From: a virus | Lineage: Duplodnaviria; Caudoviricetes | Strand: one strand, 5' to 3' | DNA length: 64,000 nt | IMG/VR virus record: IMGVR_UViG_3300037420_001796 | Span: 21,255 to 85,254 of that record | In this document: piece after piece, positions 61,939 through 64,000 of the stretch | Numbering within the stretch: the stretch's first letter is position 1 | Layout of the letters: each line of letters starts with the position of its first letter | Position numbers and translations under genes: made by a program | Notes under the pieces: model-generated | Told to the model about the DNA's origin: nothing | Seen by the model: the letters and a program-made list of their open reading frames with translations, nothing else | Databases searched by the model: none

Positions 61939-62191
61939 CTCTGGACTCCTAATCAAGTGCGGCAAAGCGCCGCGGGGTTGGTACCGTTACTGGTAACGGC
62001 GGATGATCATTCGAATTCGGCTCAGACCCAGAACGAGCGTCCGCAGCCTTCGACGCACTGGTACTCGTCGAGACGCTCCGTGGGCGGGAATTGGGCGAGG
62101 CATTGTTCCTCGGCTACCCACTCCACGTTGACATCGCGGGGCATGACAGTTCCGCAGAACGGGCAGACCTGCGGTCGCGCTTCGGGCTCGC

Positions 62192-62344
62192 TCACGACTT
62201 CACTCCGAGCTTCTTGAGCTGCTTCTTGCTGAAAAAGCCCATGTCGCTGTTGACCGGGTCGGTCACCACGTACGAGCCCTTGTCCTGGCCCTTCTTGTTG
62301 TCGTGGTGTTTGACGGGCTTGTCAGATTTCTTCTTCGACTTCAT
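62192..62344 (-). CDS. Small Lys-rich protein
   Basis: MKSKKKSDKPVKHHDNKK..., with a GGAGG ribosome-binding site. Confidence 0.45.
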   Translation of the reverse strand: MKSKKKSDKPVKHHDNKKGQDKGSYVVTDPVNSDMGFFSKKQLKKLGVKS

Positions 62345-62594
62345 CGCCGTCCTCCACCAGTTCGACATTCGACTCGAGCACGGACTCGCCATCTTCGTCG
62401 ACGAACGTGCGCTCTCGGTTGGGGCCAAGCACTGTCTCCTGGCTGTCCCAGTTGACGTTGGTGCCGCCGTCGTACCAGACGTCGATCGAGCCGTCGGGCT
62501 TGCGCTCGCCGCCTGAGATGCCCGCCACACCCAGCACACTTTCGAGCGTGCCGATGATGGCGATGTCGTGATTGTCTTTGCGTACGAGTTTCAT
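62322..62594 (-). CDS. Small acidic protein
   Basis: 90 aa with a GGAG ribosome-binding site. Confidence 0.55.
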   Translation of the reverse strand: MKLVRKDNHDIAIIGTLESVLGVAGISGGERKPDGSIDVWYDGGTNVNWDSQETVLGPNRERTFVDEDGESVLESNVELVEDGDEVEEEI

Positions 62595-62788
62595 TGCGAT
62601 GTCTCCAGTTCTCGAACGAGCTCGTCACGCGACTCCTGCGTCATCTCCTCGTTCAGAATCTTTGCCAGCAGCTTCGGGTCTTCGTGGCGCACTCGGTGCG
62701 CAATCTCCCAACAGCCGTCACACTGCTTCGTGCCAAGCATGCGCGTGGGAACGCCGCAGAACTTGCACGGCATGGTCTCTTCGGTCAT
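62591..62788 (-). CDS. Small Zn-finger protein
   Basis: CKFC...CDGC. Confidence 0.6.
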   Translation of the reverse strand: MTEETMPCKFCGVPTRMLGTKQCDGCWEIAHRVRHEDPKLLAKILNEEMTQESRDELVRELETSQ

Positions 62789-63003
62789 GACTTCTCCTCG
62801 GACATTGCGCGTTGAAGCTTGCCTGCAAGTCTGGTCACCCTCTCGTCGCGGGCGACGGCGTCTCCAAGGCGGTGGTTCGCATCGTGCAACTCTTCGAGCA
62901 TCAGCTCGAATCTCGTTGCGACCTCACCGTCACGAGTGCCCTCAGGCAATTCGTTTCGAAGTCGCGCCCACGCGGCACCGAAAACATCAAAGGCGTAGCT
63001 CAT
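62785..63003 (-). CDS. Hypothetical protein
   Basis: MSYAFDVFG.... Confidence 0.5.
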   Translation of the reverse strand: MSYAFDVFGAAWARLRNELPEGTRDGEVATRFELMLEELHDANHRLGDAVARDERVTRLAGKLQRAMSEEKS

Positions 63004-63262
63004 TGCTTTTCCTTTCCTCGCGCTTGCGATAGATCTCCAAGCCTCGGTTCCACCTCGCGTACGCACCGTAATGTGTTCGGAAACCGTATTCGCGCGCGAA
63101 GTCGACGCTGCTGCTGTGAAGCAGCTCGGCTTCATCGACGCCACCGGCATCGCGCAGGGCGTCTGCGACTTGGTACGGCGTGCGGCACGCGTACTCCTTG
63201 CCGCCGATGATCTCTGTGCTCAGGATCAGCGCGCCGTCTTCGGCGCTCATGTACTTGATCAC
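62987..63262 (-). CDS. Hypothetical protein
   Basis: GTG start overlapping the upstream TGA, with a GGAGG ribosome-binding site. Confidence 0.5.
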   Translation of the reverse strand: MIKYMSAEDGALILSTEIIGGKEYACRTPYQVADALRDAGGVDEAELLHSSSVDFAREYGFRTHYGAYARWNRGLEIYRKREERKSNELRL

Positions 63263-63585
63263 GCTTGTGCCTCCGCAGCCGCACGAGCGGCCGCAAGGAC
63301 GCGGCGCCACGACGTCATGTCGATGCCGTGGAAGCTCTGGTCGATCGCACCGCGTTCGGCTGCGGCTTCTTCGCCGCGCTTCCAGCGCATCAGCGCGTAC
63401 TCGATCACCATTCGAGTTTGCAGCGGCGCATCCGGCCAGAACTTGGCGAGCTCGGCCAGGCCCGCAGCAACATCGATTCGATCCACGTTCACACCCGGTG
63501 TGGGTCGAGGGTTGCCGCCGCTCGTCGGCCAAATCAGCGGACGATCGCAAAGCACTCTGCCGTTGTCGGGGTCGTGGATCATCAT
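63259..63585 (-). CDS. Hypothetical protein
   Basis: MMIHDPDNGRVLC..., with an AAAGG ribosome-binding site. Confidence 0.5.
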   Translation of the reverse strand: MMIHDPDNGRVLCDRPLIWPTSGGNPRPTPGVNVDRIDVAAGLAELAKFWPDAPLQTRMVIEYALMRWKRGEEAAAERGAIDQSFHGIDMTSWRRVLAAARAAAEAQA

Positions 63586-63818
63586 GGTTGCTGCGCCTTT
63601 CTGTTGTCGACCTGGACTTCGAACATGGCGTCGTTCGCGCATCGAACTTCGAGTTCCGAATGAAACCCGTCTGCTACGTAGGTGTCAGATTCCACCCAGC
63701 GCACGCCGCCGTTGCTGGCGCACACCTCTTCGGCTTTCTGCCACGCCTTGCCGCTGACCGCGTGAGTGCACGCAGCAAGCGTGATCGCCATTGCGATCGC
63801 AAGCATCGCTGTCTTCAT
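63582..63818 (-). CDS. Small lipoprotein
   Basis: MKTAMLAIAMAITLAA-C lipobox, two further Cys and an AAAGGAG ribosome-binding site. Confidence 0.7.
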   Translation of the reverse strand: MKTAMLAIAMAITLAACTHAVSGKAWQKAEEVCASNGGVRWVESDTYVADGFHSELEVRCANDAMFEVQVDNRKAQQP

Positions 63819-64000
63819 CTAGAATCTCCTTTCAACACCAGTGAATGCGCACCTTGCCGATGCGCACCCACCAATAGAAACGATTGCGGCAGCGGATCCC
63901 GATCGCCCACGTGATCCAACCGCGAAGCTTCACGAGCGGCTTCATGGCTCGCGCGGAAGCTGAGGCTTGGGCGCGAAGAACACCGCAAGCACTCCCACTA

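Larger units (their letters stand above)
43051..61979 (-). repeat. Dispersed class I start-associated stem-loop element, 10 full copies
   Basis: Copies at 43051, 45803, 48216, 51490, 52246, 53273, 53530, 59132, 61142 and 61943, each 30-37 bp. Consensus on the - strand: AACCC-stem5-RCTTT-stem5'-ACAAC-TTGGAGTCC-N3-6-ATG. Confidence 0.92.

Noticed and set aside
43051-61979. Class I elements as integron attC sites or a CRISPR array
   Set aside because: There are no RYYYAAC/GTTRRRY inverted ends or extrahelical bases, the elements are too short, and no IntI-type integrase is present. Spacing is gene-sized and irregular, and there are no cas genes.
43051-61979. Class I elements as intrinsic terminators or N4-type virion RNAP promoters
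   Set aside because: No U-tract follows the stem on either strand. No phage RNA polymerase gene is in the window, and the loop sequence does not match the purine-containing N4 triloop. A promoter role cannot be fully excluded without the rest of the genome.

Overview
This 64 kb window is a continuous, GC-rich segment of a tailed dsDNA phage genome, probably a long-tailed temperate phage of a GC-rich proteobacterium. No host genes are visible. The + strand (1-15.9 kb) carries the end of the tail module (tape measure, tail proteins, two fibre/receptor-binding modules), a holin / SAR-endolysin / Rz-Rz1 lysis cassette, several small accessory genes, an attP whose core is the 3' half of tRNA-Cys, and a tyrosine integrase. 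The - strand (15.9-64 kb) carries an excisionase-like gene and a self-sufficient replication, recombination and nucleotide module: SbcC/SbcD-like pair, ThyX-like, HD nucleotidase, two MazG-like proteins, RecU-like resolvase, full-length Pol I, DksA/TraR-like, dNMP kinase, ExoX-like, AEP primase-helicase, SNF2-like helicase, HU-like and ATP-dependent ligase. It then carries about 22 kb of small accessory genes, including a C5 methyltransferase, DoxX, a nucleoside deoxyribosyltransferase-like protein and many hypotheticals. The most striking unexplained signal is non-coding. Ten copies of a roughly 35-nt start-associated element (AACCC, a covarying stem-loop, ACAAC, TTGGAGTCC, then the start codon) punctuate the accessory region. 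A second, AAC-rich leader family precedes genes of the replication region. All family assignments come from motif recognition by eye; no database searches were run.
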